DNA of 64,000 nucleotides from Candidatus Omnitrophota bacterium (GCA_903856085.1 CAIOAT010000047.1:84634-148633); one strand, 5' to 3'; counted from the stretch's first letter, positions 1-12,300 are shown. The notes: generated by a model from the letters alone, not told the origin. Program-made: numbers and translations.

Positions 1-1
1 T

Positions 2-340
2 ATGGAGTGTGTCCTCAGTGAAGGTGAAGATGTCGTCTACCGATTTCAAAACACCGTACTCTTTAAAGAGAGCGATGGTCGCCGGCTTATTGCCGTCCCC
101 GAGCAGACCTTCGTCAGGATAGGCGCGGACATAGTGCCGGTAATAATCCCCGGTGATTTTATCTGCCAATTGAGGTAAAGCTTTCTGGAGCGCACCCTGG
201 CCGAACAGGACGTGCTGAATGGTCATCGCCAAAGGTATGACGATCGCTGATTTTCCGAAACCGGTCGGCGCGTAAAGGTTTTCATATTGAGCTACTACGA
301 ACCTCAGGATCGTCTGATACTGACTGACGCTTTCCTTGTC
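2..340 (-). other. Domain: N-terminal part of a second SF2 helicase/SecA-like ATPase (continues past the left edge)
   Basis: SVSQYQTILRFVVAQYENLYAPTGFGKSAIVIPLAM: Q-motif-like Gln followed by Walker A APTGFGKS at 248-271. Walker B is not inside the window. Confidence 0.7.
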
Positions 341-3300
341 ACCAAGCTTTATGTTCATAACGTTCTTGCCCTCGAAGAACCGGACGATCCCGTTCACCTT
401 GCTGGCTAATTCAATCTCATGGTTCAAGTTCCGATCGAACTCTGCCAGTTCATTCGCTGAAAGTCCGTTCCGTAGAACCTGGAGTCTTTCCGCATTCTCG
501 ACCAGAACAACCGTTTGACTGGATTGATCCCACTCCAGCCGCATACCGTCCGGCACCAGGTATTTCCGATCCGAGAAATATTCAGCCATCCCCGCAGCCC
601 CCTGGTCGATGAGCTGTTGCTTGGAAAGCGCCTTGAAGATGGAATCCGGATTGTCTGCGGCAGCCCAGGTACGGAGCCGGCTCATTTCGTTTCTCACAAA
701 CGCCTGGACCGGCAGCGGAACGTTAAAGCGTGCGGCTCTTTCTTTCATCATCCGGTCACGGATGGATGTCACAAGCCGCGTGGGTTTGGCCATCTCCTGC
801 TGGACATTTGTCAGCATGGCCCGGTAGGTATCGATCAAGCCCGTGAGCAAGCGAACCTCCGGGGGCCCGCGCGCCGGATCAACGAGTTGATCCACTTCCT
901 GCTTCAGATTGGCCGCCTGGTCCGTGACCAATCCCAACTGGATCTTCAGGCCCTCGAGTTCAGCCTCAAGCTTTTTGACATAATTTTGTTTTTGCAGGCT
1001 GCTGGGGTCGTTTGCCAGTTTTTGCTGGGCTTCGATCAACTGCAGCCGTTTATCGTTGAAACTGTTCGTGAGTTTATTTATAAAAACGTCTAAGGAGCGG
1101 CCTACCTCACTGATCGTCCAATCCAATTCCTTTCGCATGCTTTCTTCTGTGACATGAGCTACTGCCGCAGGCGCAGCTTGGGGCGCCTGGACCAGCGTGG
1201 CCGGAGCAGTTTTCACCGCATTGGGAACCGCCGACGCTACGACCCCTGGAGTGGCGGGAGCTTTCCCGAACTTCCCTGAGAACCAAGCCATCATCCGTTC
1301 CAGAGCGGACATTCCGGGAGCATTTATTTCGATCAGCTGATCCACTTTCGCTTTTTGCGCGATGGTCAACGATCCATCGGCGACAAGTTTTGCCATGACA
1401 GCTTTGACTTCATCCACAGAGGCTGGTTTCTCCGCCGAAGGAACCCCGCCAAATCCGAAAATAGACTGCAGTGTTTTTCCTGCCGCCTGGGGTCCGCCGT
1501 TCAGGACATCGAGGTTATTTTTGACGTGCACAGCGATTTGTTCAGCGATGGCGCCGACGATACCGCTCAAGAGGCCTTTTTCAGCGCCCTGCGCGGCTTT
1601 GATCAGATCAATTCCCTGTTTTTGGGCAAACTGCCAATGGACCCCCAGGCGAGCCATTATAAATTCAAGGAACGAAGAACCAACGGGGCCGGTTGTGGAG
1701 ATCTGCAGTGCCAGCCAGCTTGCCACTGCCCCCGGTAAGTGGAACAGCGCGAAAACAGCCGCGGATAAATTGACAAGCCTTTTTGCGGCCTTCTCGCCAA
1801 GGAAGGAACCGATCGCGGCAGGTATTCCGATAATGACCGATGTTTCGAGGACGGGCATAATGTAACCGTTGATGATCCTATTCAGGACCTGTCCGATGTT
1901 TTGCCCGAAGACCTTGCTCGAAAAATTTGTCAGGCTTTCCAGGACCGATCGCACGATGCCGGCAGGCCGTGTCGTAGTCGCCAGAACAGCCGGAGCAGTG
2001 AGCGCGGTGGGCGAAACATTTGATTTTTCGATAGCGGGGATCGTCTTAAGGCCCGCCTGATCAAAGAGGAATGCCCGGTGATGTCCGTTGTCAATAGCAA
2101 TCGAACCATCCGGCAGGTGCAGGATCTCGATAGGATTTGCCTTCGTGAATTCAATCAGCTTGGCGATCGCTGCGGGGCTTGCTTTAAAGGCAGCCAACAT
2201 TTCTCCCATCGTCGCATTCCCGGGGATTTTCATCCCAAGAACATTGACCAAAAGATCGTGGATGCTCTGGATCGTGACTCCCTGGCGACCGATCTCTCCC
2301 CGAGGCGTTCTCAGGCTGTCGATCAGAATTTCTTCCGGAGCGGTGGCGGGCGTCTGGACGGTTGTTGCGGGCGCTGTCGTGCGTCCAAGAATGCGGTCAA
2401 TAATGGCACGGAACAACTCCGCGAACCCGGCGAAAACGGATTGAACCTGACCCGTTGATCTCCCGCCGATATTGGTGCCGGCAACACCGCCCTGGCCTTC
2501 CACAACGGGAGTTGTCCCCTCGGGAAGTCCCGACAGACTGACCGCCGAAATTTCCGCAAGGATGGGCAGAATGTTCGCCAAGGCGGTACCCCGGATATTT
2601 CCGAGATTGATGTCCCCGACTGTCGCAGGCTGATGTGCCAAGCTATCTCGCAAAGCCACCGCCTGGCTCGCCGTAAAATCGGCCGGCAGGGTGAACGAAA
2701 CCGTTGCAAATCCCTCTGGGATCGCCGTGATCACGGCTGTTATTTGACTATCCGTCAGATCTCGGCCAAACGTGATGGAAATATCCTGCGCTCCACCGGG
2801 TACGGTCCTCTGTATTTCCATAAAAAGATCGCGATTTAGGCTCTCCACATTCCGCCCGTTAATCTCGAGTTCGACCATCGGCGCTCTCGCCGGCGCTTCG
2901 GATTCGGTTATGCCGTGCTTCAATGCGTCGGCGGCTCGCGTCACATCGATCGGCGCCTCCTGGTGCCGGTAGGCCGCCTGATCGCGAACCACCGAGGCAC
3001 TATCAAAAGTTTCGTGAGTCGTTCTTACTTCAACACCGATCCCCGTAACCGCCCGGATGAAATCGAGAATCCCGGACGCGGGTGCTTCGTGTGTTCCCGC
3101 CTTTATTTCGCCTGGGATTTCCGTTTGCGGACGTTCGAGCTTACGCGTCGGTGCTTCCGCTCTCAAACGGGCCTGTTCGGCGGCATCATCCATGCTCTTC
3201 TGAGCAAAGCTCTCAAGGTCTAATCCTTCTTTTACTGCTTCATCCACCTTGAGCCTCATGCTTTCGCCCGCCTTGAGAACTTCGGAGACCAAGTCGGACT

Positions 3301-6300
3301 TGCTCAGATTTTCTCTTTGCAACTTACCGGTTCCCGAGAAAAACTCGCCGATAAGACTATCCACTCTTCCCCGAAGGGCCTCATTCGCGAGCGCACGGGT
3401 AAGCGCCGTTGCCAGAACATCGACGAGCTCATTCCCCTGGACCGCACCGATATTCGTGATCTCGCCGATCCTGAGGCCGAACTTCTCTTGAATGGCGTTG
3501 CGCAACCCTTCGGCATCCAGCGTACCGTCCGCTCTGGTAAAATTTTTGACCAGGTCTATCATTTCGAGGCGAACATTTTCCGGCACGGACGCCGTCGTGA
3601 TACTGCCCAGCATCTCTTGGATCTGCGCGTCGATACCTTCGGCACCCCCGAAGAAAAGCTTCATGGATTTCTGGAAGGCGGAGAAAACATCCCCTTCCAT
3701 CAAGGCGCGCTCCAAGGACCTGCTGTCCGCGGCCTCGATATTGTTCTGGGCCCTGACGAATGCCTCGCGGGCCCACCGGGAAGTCGGGAAGAATTCCGCA
3801 AGCCTCTGATAAGCGCCGTCCACAAACCGGCTCAAGCCTGACGACATTCCTTCCCCAAATCCTCGCATTAAAAATTCACCGCTGCCGATTGCCGTTCCTT
3901 TTTCGAGCGATACCAATTGATAGCTGAATCCCACATCGCCCTGGCGGCCCGCACGGCCACGATTCTGCATATCTGCCCGGACGGAATCGTTCACCCCGAT
4001 CCCGATTTGAACAAGACCTTGGGTCTTCAGCAGTTCTTTAAGCTTGATATCCGTTCCGCGGCCGGCGATATTGGTCGCGATTGTAATGCCTCCCTTTTCA
4101 CCCGCGGCTTTGATGATATCGCTTGACGCTCTCTCATTGCTCGCATCAAATGTCCGGAAGAGATCACCGTTTTTGGTATTCATGGAATCCAGGATTTTCT
4201 TGGCACGCTCGACGACCACAGGATCGAAGACAATCTCCTTGCCGGCCGCGTCTATGCCTTTACCGCTGGCGAATTCTTCGAGGATGGCTCGGACATGGAC
4301 TTCCATTTCTTTGGCGCTTTGGATAGATAACGTTGTGATCAGGAAGGAGCTTCCCGCATCCAGGAGGTGCCGCGCCAAAACACTCTTCAATCCGTTCGGC
4401 CCGTTCAGGAGGTCCGCGTCGCTCCTAAAAGTCCTCATTTCCGAGTCAACCCGTAGCTGCAGGTTGTGCGCGGGAATCTCCGCCACCTCAAGACCGTAGA
4501 GGCGCTTGAGCGTATCAGGCGTCCGGCCTTCGGTCGCAGTGCCGGTCATACCCGTAACCCTCTGAAAGAAGTTCAGAACGTCCCGTGTCTGGATACGGGC
4601 CGTGGTCACAGTCTCAGCATGAATGGCCAAACCTTCTTTAGCTTCAATAGCCTGGTGGAGCTCGTTCAAACGCTGACCGTTTTGATCGGTGCCGGTTTCA
4701 CCGCTGATCAGTACGACATTTCCTTGGTCATCAACGCGATATTGGACCCCATCATGGAAAAGGATTTCGGCCTGAACGGCCCGGTCCAAGAACTTTTGTC
4801 CTTCCGCCGTCAAAGTCAAACGGCCTGATCCGTCTGTCGCGACCTCAACAAACTGGTGGAGACCCTCGGCTTGCAGTAAACGCGCGGCCAGTTCACGCCC
4901 GGCATCGGTTGCATGGGCAAAACGTCCCGCTTGATCGAAAACCACCTCAAATTCTCCGGCCACTCCCTCAGGTCCCTTCACGCCGCTCCTGAAAACTTCG
5001 GTCCCTATCTTGGTGCGTTTCAGCTCACTTACTATTTTCGCAAACGCCGTCAAGATGTCCCGCTGTCCATTCCCAACAAGCTTTCCGGATCCCGAAGAGA
5101 TAATGAGAGGTGTTTTCGCGAGCGTGATCAGAATGGAGTCGGCCTCGTCGATCACGAGCAGGAAGTCCCGGAAATCATGTCTGAAAATTTCCTGGCCCGG
5201 TTTTGCCTGGATATCGTTGTACACCTGATCGGCCTTCAAAGCCTCGTCGCTCACATAAACAATGCTTCGCGAATAAACATCCTGTTTTTGACCCAAGTCC
5301 ATATTGTCGTGGATATACCCGATATCCTTACCCAGGAAATCCGCAATCGCCACCACCTCTTTATAGGCGGCTTCAGCCCGCTCCGTCGTTGTAGTCTGCA
5401 TAACCGCGTGGCCACTGATCAAGGCTGTCAAAAAGCCGACATAGGTTTTTCCTTCACCGGTCAGGAGCTCGGCGATCTTTCCGCCCTCAGCCATAACCGC
5501 AGACGCCATGAGCTGTTCCCGGTGAAGCACAACGGCGGGCCTGTCCGGATTACGGGCCGTTTCGACAAATCCGATCGCAAGCGCATAAGCCGCAAAAAGC
5601 TTGTCACCCTGGGCATTATTAATTAAGTCGAGGAGCGCCTCGCGGATCCTGCCAAGATCTTCAGGATTCCGGCAGAGATCATTTAACACGGCTAACGCAT
5701 CCCGGCCTTTCAGTTCGATGCCTAAGGCTTTCACAATTTCGACCGCTATGTCCCGGCGTATCGAAATAATGCTGTTGACTCTCGCCGCGAAGGGCGCTCC
5801 GGCAATCCGGTTGGCCTTGAGAATCACCCACAGTCCAGGCGCCCTCCCCGTGAGCCAAGCAAACCACGACGACCGGCCGAACAGACCCGTCTCACCCAGC
5901 TTAAAGTTATCCCCGTTAAACCTACCAAAAAGGACGTTGATTTCATCATCAGTCATTCTGGAAAGATCCGCGTTCCTTAGAGCTTCAAGCATGGCAGGAT
6001 CAACAGATTCACCAATGCCCTCTCGCAAAGATTTCCACTCTGTCAGGTAAGACTTGCCAATGTCCGCACCGCCGCCCTCAAGGGATCCAAATACGGCTCT
6101 TTCCAGTTTCTGGAGGGCTTCGAGAGTCACCCTTCTCTCGGAAATCGAGAGCGAGCCGATCCTGCCACCAACAGTCATCCAGGTCGAATTGAACCACTCG
6201 ACCGCTTTCGAGAAAACGCTCTTGAACCGATCCCCGAAAGTCGTTGTCTGTCGATCCCGTATGGCTTTTTGAACATCGGCAAGTGATCGATTCACGTCTG

Positions 6301-9300
6301 CGGGCACGTTCGCAGGATCGAATGTTCCGGGAGTTTGGGTCACAGTTTCGGGAGGCGTGATCTCCGGGAGCTTTTCGAAAGGCTGGCGTCCCGCATTAAG
6401 AAGAAGGTCCGCCGAAATTTCTCCTCTCCGGATAGTTTCACGGCCCACCATCACGAAATCCCCGCGGACAGCCAGAGTCTCGCCGGAGACAATGACCAAT
6501 GTTTTTCCATTCAACGAATCCCGCAAAGCAGGGTCAGCTTCGATCAGCCCTTGCAACCGTGACAACAATTCAGGCGATTCTCCGACGCCATCCCATGTCA
6601 GTCTCAGGGTTCCGTCGCTCGCGAATTCAATCGTGATACGACCCTCGACTCTGATGCCGGCTATCCTCAAGATCGAATCGATGAGAGGATTCCTGGCCCC
6701 GGGCTGGGCAAAGGTCACGACCATGTCTATGATATCGAGTAGACCCGTTGCTAAGGCAAGCCGAGTCACATCCCCACTCGGAATGGTATCGTTACTATGG
6801 GCCCCGAAAACATCGGCCAATTTCCCGGCAAACGCTTCCCAGCTTGATACATCGGCGCCTCTAAGCTCATTCAGGGCTTGCATCATTTCAGGCGACACCC
6901 CTTCGCCTCTTACATTGGCCCGCTGCTCCAGGAATTTCACGAAAAGATCTCTTAATTGCGGCAAGTCAACAGAAACAACATCTCGGGCCAGCAAGGTGAA
7001 AATATCGCGCAGCAATTCAGCGGCGAACCGGCCATTTTCGCGAGCACCCACAGCATCGACCGTGTGCAGCTCTGTCATCGAAAACATAAGTTCCGTGTGG
7101 AAGATCAAATCCCTTTCCAGAGAGGTTAGATCCCTTCCGCTCATAGCTTCAAAGTCAACCATGATGCGCTCCGCCCGGGCCAAACCGACCAACACAGGCC
7201 GCATTTCCCCAAAACCTAACTCGCCCCCCCAGCGCCGGATGAGCAAGTCCCCGATGAAATTGTTTGTCCAGTGGCTCAGGTCGATCCGGTCGAGCTTCAA
7301 CCCGCTAACATCAATGCCAAGGCGCGCGAGCTCCAGGATGATCTCTGTGAAATTGCCACCGAGTTTTGCCAGGTTTGCCAAGTCCAGCTTCCCGGTTATC
7401 CTGCCCCCTCCGAGGACTACCCCGGCGGCTTGAAGTTCCGCCAGAAGCCGTATTTGATCCGGCGTCAATCTGGCTCCATTCAGTTCCCCGGTGATCTCCA
7501 GTCCGCGCATGTCGACGCGGCTGTCCAACATGGTTTTCAGATCGCGGAGCGTGGAAAGATCCCCCAATCTCGCCACGTCAAAAGTTCCGGTCATTTCGAT
7601 GCCGCTAAAATCCGCGCCTCCCACCAGATCACAAAGCCGCGCAAGGTCGGCAAGACTGGTCCTTCCAATGTCGATCATCCCGGCAAATTTGATCCCGCTC
7701 AAATCCCCGCCCAATGCCCGGAGTGTCCCAAAATATTCGAGCTGAGCGTCATTGAGTTTTAACAATTCGTTGACGGTATAGTCTCCTGAAAATTTGATCC
7801 TTCCCATGTCGAGACCCATGTTTGCAAGATCGATCAAGGCGCCGAGTATGTCACGATTTCCTTCTAGCGACCTGACATCAAACGACCTGTCTACTCCCAG
7901 CCGGTTCAACAAGCTCGCGTCCAAGGAGCCATTCTCACGCATCGCACCCAGGTCTTTGACAAAGCTCGCGAACCCGGCATCCGACCACCCGCTCATATCC
8001 AACGTCACACGGAACACGCCGTCTCTGATGGCGGTAAGGAATTCGCCCGCGAGAATATCCATGGTAGCGAGCGTTTCGCCAATCCGGAAACTGATCTCGC
8101 CCAGCCTCAGGCGGTCAATGCCGAGGCTCCCCAACGCCGTCAGTGCTTCCCTGAGGCTGACTGCCTCCGGGAGATCCAAGCTGACCCTAAGACCTGTCAG
8201 ATCCAATCCAAGCTCGCCCAATTTGCTTAAAAACTCAAGAACGTCCGTGGCTCTCAAAGTCCCGGTGGTTTTCAGATCGCCGTTCACTCTGATCCCGCTC
8301 AGGTCGACGCCTTTAACGCTCACCAAATTGATGAGATTTGAAAGCACCCCGTCCGTCACTAGTTTCACATCCAGGGTTCCCTCAATTCTCAGGTGGGTCG
8401 TGTCAACGCCGACATCTCCAAGAACTTTGAGAGCACTTGTCAGCGTATTGCCATTAAGCTTTGTCAGATCAAGCCTGCCGGATATTTCGACATTATGCAG
8501 GATCGCTCCCGCGCCTAACATGTCTGCGAGGATTTGCAGCCTTTCACCCGTCAAGGTCGCGCCATCCAGTTTTCCGGTAATGATTTGATCTCTTAAACTT
8601 GTCAGGTCGATCTTGACCCCTGCGTTTTTCATTGCGTCGACTAATTTCAGAACATCGCCGAGCGACGATTTTCCGGCGCCTTCTCCGATCAGATCCCCGG
8701 GGATCTTGACCTCAAACCCTGTCGGCGCTCCTATCAGCTTGAACTCGATCCCCACACCAAGCATCCGCAGCAATGCGTCGCGCAAGCCGATGGAATCCCC
8801 CGGCTTGAAGTTCTTGAGATCCACGGTCACTTTCGTACCCCTAGGAACATCCACCAACTGGGTAAGATCGGCAAGAGAGGTCACGCGTAACGTTCTCGTG
8901 AAGAAGTTCCGGGAGATCTGCGTTAATGACGTGACGCCAAGCATTTGTTCCAGGGCCCTTGCATCTTGCGTACTGAGTTTCTTAGTGTTACTAAACTCGA
9001 GGCCAGAAAGATCCGCGCCTAATTCTTTCAGGCCCGAAAGATCTGCGCCGGTTTTCGCGAAATCGGAAACACTGATCGTTCCGTCGAGCCGGACGCCTTT
9101 CAGGCTAAATCCGTCAGGCAGAGAATCGACCACTTTGGATAAATTTTCTTCCGTGAGACCGGTTAAAACAATATCTCCAAAACCGCTCTGGCGAAGGAGA
9201 TCCATCGTGCGACCCAAGGTCGAGTCGGCGCCAAACCCAGCTGTTTTTACGTCGATCGTGAAACGCCAACCTTCTGTACCGTCTGCCCCACGCACAAGCT

Positions 9301-12300
9301 CCGGTATGATCCAAACATCAGTCCCGATCTTCTCGCGAATAGCTTCCATTTTGGTTTCTATTTCGGTGTGCAGCCGATCCGGCAGGTCCTTGCCGACTCC
9401 GGAGATCACCATAGCGAGCTGAGATGCTATCTTCTCGCCGAATACCGGGGTCAACGCAATGGTCCAAGCATTCATCACGATCCCGAGATCAATAAAAGCC
9501 TGGCTGAACGCAAAACCTTCTTTGGCGAGAGCCTTAATCATGACTTCCAAGTACTTGGCGACGGAAGGATTTTTGCCAAGCGTCGCGGCCTCTTCGCCAA
9601 GAACCGCTCTTTCCACGAGAGGGAAAAGCTTGTTGAGATATTCAATGACGGATCCCACCACAGGCATCCCGTGGATCAACACCTCGACCGGGCCTATGAG
9701 GTACATCAAGGGGCCCATCGAAAGCATATTCGTAAAATTATCAAAAGCGCTCATGCTGGCAAAGTCCCAGAATCCCAAAACCCCCCGCAGGAACATGGCC
9801 GCCACCTGGACAACGAATCCGCCCTTGCCGGTTCTCAAAAACGCCTCCAGATCTTTTTCCGATTGGGCAATGGCCATCCGGAAATCGATCGATCCTCCGG
9901 TCAAGAATTGGGCGAGTGAAAGCACAACATTCTCCCCGAAATGCAGAGACACGCCGAAACGGGCCAAGCTGAATGTTTGAGCCAGCAGGAATTTCCATGC
10001 CAGCACTCCCCTCGCTCCGGGAACGAATATTTGAAGGCGTAAAGCAAGAAGTCTGGCAAATTGTGCCCAGGTACCCGTTACGCCGCCTATGGCCGTGAGC
10101 TTGGCGGTTTGCATGATTCTCCCGGCTATTCTTGCCAGCCCTGAAGTGAAACCTAAGAAGGCGGCTTCCGCGGCAAAGCCGATGAAATCGATGACGTTAA
10201 TTCCGAACAACTTTTTAACCAAGGTTTCATCGCTCGCCTCGGCGATAAGAGCGATCTTCTGAGAAATAATATTATTCTGGCCATCCAACTCGGCAAATCG
10301 ATTCCCCGTGACTCCGATGAGGCCGCCCAAACCATTAAAAAGCATGGCATAGGTCGCGCTTATCCTGAAAGGATCACAACCATACGCGAGAGCAATGAGC
10401 CCGCCAGTCAGCAGGACACCGGCCACGATAGCAACACCGATCCAACCGCCGGCCACAAGAAAGGTTCCGGCAGCAACAGCCGCAGAGATTTTAACGACGG
10501 CAAGTACAACCGCAATTGCACCCACAATGATCGCCACCCCGGTCGCAATGACGTTATGCTCCCCAGCAAACCCGACCCAATAGTTGGAACACATGGCATA
10601 TTGATATTGCAAATAATGGAACGATGTGCTTAATCCGTAAGAAATAAAATCATAAGCTGTGCTAAAGCCGTACCCAATGCCGCTCAAGATGCTTTGCCCC
10701 CACGCTGGCAAGATATCGTAAATATCGCTAAAATATCCGCCGACTTCGGCACGGAGTCTCGACCAGAAGCCTCTCTCGGTGAGATTTTGCATGTCCGCCA
10801 GCGAACCCTCATGCAACTCGGAGAAGAAAAAGCCTTCTTCCTGAGACCAGCAGGTGACGGCGCAGTCGAACGCTATCCCGCCAAGCGATACGCCGCTGGT
10901 GATAGTGCCGTCAGCCAGAATGTTGAGACTTCTGAATTGAAGAGCCGAGTAATTGCCAAGATTTTCCGTGAAGCCATTCTTGAACCCGTCATTCAGGCCG
11001 CGCTGGGCGACGTTGAGGAGACCGCCCTTAAATTTCCCGAAATCCCCTAGGCCGTGAAGGATCTGTGTTCCGTTCTGCAGAACTACCCGGTCGTCCAGGA
11101 CTTCAGAAAAATTCGTGTAGTCCATTTTTCCGTCAAGGATAAAACCGGCGGTCGAGAAGTCCAAGTAGCCCTTCTTTACACCCCCGTCTGAAATCTCCAC
11201 AATTTCACGCCGGAGCAAGACGCCGTCGCGGCCAAGGATATCCTTGACCGTGCTGCCATCCGCCCCGACGGTCAGGATCTCGCCGCTCACGATCCCGAAG
11301 TGATCGTAGTTCATGGTCTCGGTTATCTTGTTGGTGCCAAAACCGTAGACCACCTGCACGGAGGTCACCGAATCGATCAAACCGCCCTCGCTCGTGTATT
11401 GCGAAGTGGTGGTGACGATCTGCGTCGCGACCTTGGTCACGCCGTCCGAGAGGACCTTGACCGTGTCATCGGCGACTTTTGTCACCTGGGTCCAGGCGCC
11501 GCTCGCATCGTAGAACTTTTCCCACTGCGTCTTGACCGCCCCGCCCGTCGCTATGTACGACTCGTAGGATTTGAGGCCGTCGTCATAAAGCGTTTTTAAC
11601 TTCCCGAAACCGTCACTGGTCGTCATCTCGACCTGCATCCCGTAGAGGAAGGACATCGACTCGGCTTCCGTCGGGCTCATGAGTGTCGCATTGCCGTTGA
11701 TCTTGACCGCGACAGACTCCGCGGCGAGTTTCCTTCTCCTCTCGTCCAACTGCTTTTCGATCCCCGCCCATGTTTCCGCTTGGTAGCGACCGGTCTGGAT
11801 GATCTCGCCGCCGGCGCCGACGAAGATGTGCTCTTTAATCCGCTCTTCGATGACGTCTGTATCCGAGATTACGTCGTTGTAATACAGCAGGCTGTTGTAG
11901 GCGCGTGCGCGGCTGGCAAAATTCCCGTCCCGGTCCTGACTCAGAGCGCCGAGTTTCATGAGGCTCGAATCTGCCAGCACGGCGTTGTAGTCGTAGAGGC
12001 TGCTTGAGGCGAATTTTTCGGGATCGAATTCATAGAACTGGTAGGTCATATTCTGCGACCAGTTCTCGTAATTGCTCCGACCTCTCAGGAGCTCATCGGT
12101 GAAGATCTGGCTGAAAGAGGTCTTGTCCGATTCATAGCCGTATTCGTAGTAATCGCGGATCGGCAGCAGTGTGTTCTCCGTAAAATTAAGCACCAGCCCG
12201 CCCAGGTTCACAATGTCCGTATAGAGCCCCTTCGTGTTGCCGCCGCTCACCGAGTAATCGGAGATCAAGAAAACAGTCTGTCCGGCAGCGTTCTTTGTGC

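Noticed and set aside
860-5860. R[AG]P motifs (ARGPP ~865, ARAPM ~2880, GRAPG ~5850) as polyprotein cleavage sites
   Set aside because: Three hits in this span is close to chance and the flanks are not conserved; revisit if it recurs in the rest of the gene.
3220-5990. Calling this a stand-alone housekeeping secA gene
   Set aside because: No stop on either side in frame; it is continuous with the flanking domains and diverged at several conserved positions, so no gene symbol was given.
7224-7230. C7 homopolymer (G7 on the coding strand) as a phase-variation tract
   Set aside because: Short, in frame (W-G-G) and expected by chance in 64 kb of GC-rich DNA.
10360-11100. RHS core autoproteolysis motif (PxxxxDPxG)
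   Set aside because: Not found; only CDPF after the hydrophobic hairpin, which does not fit.
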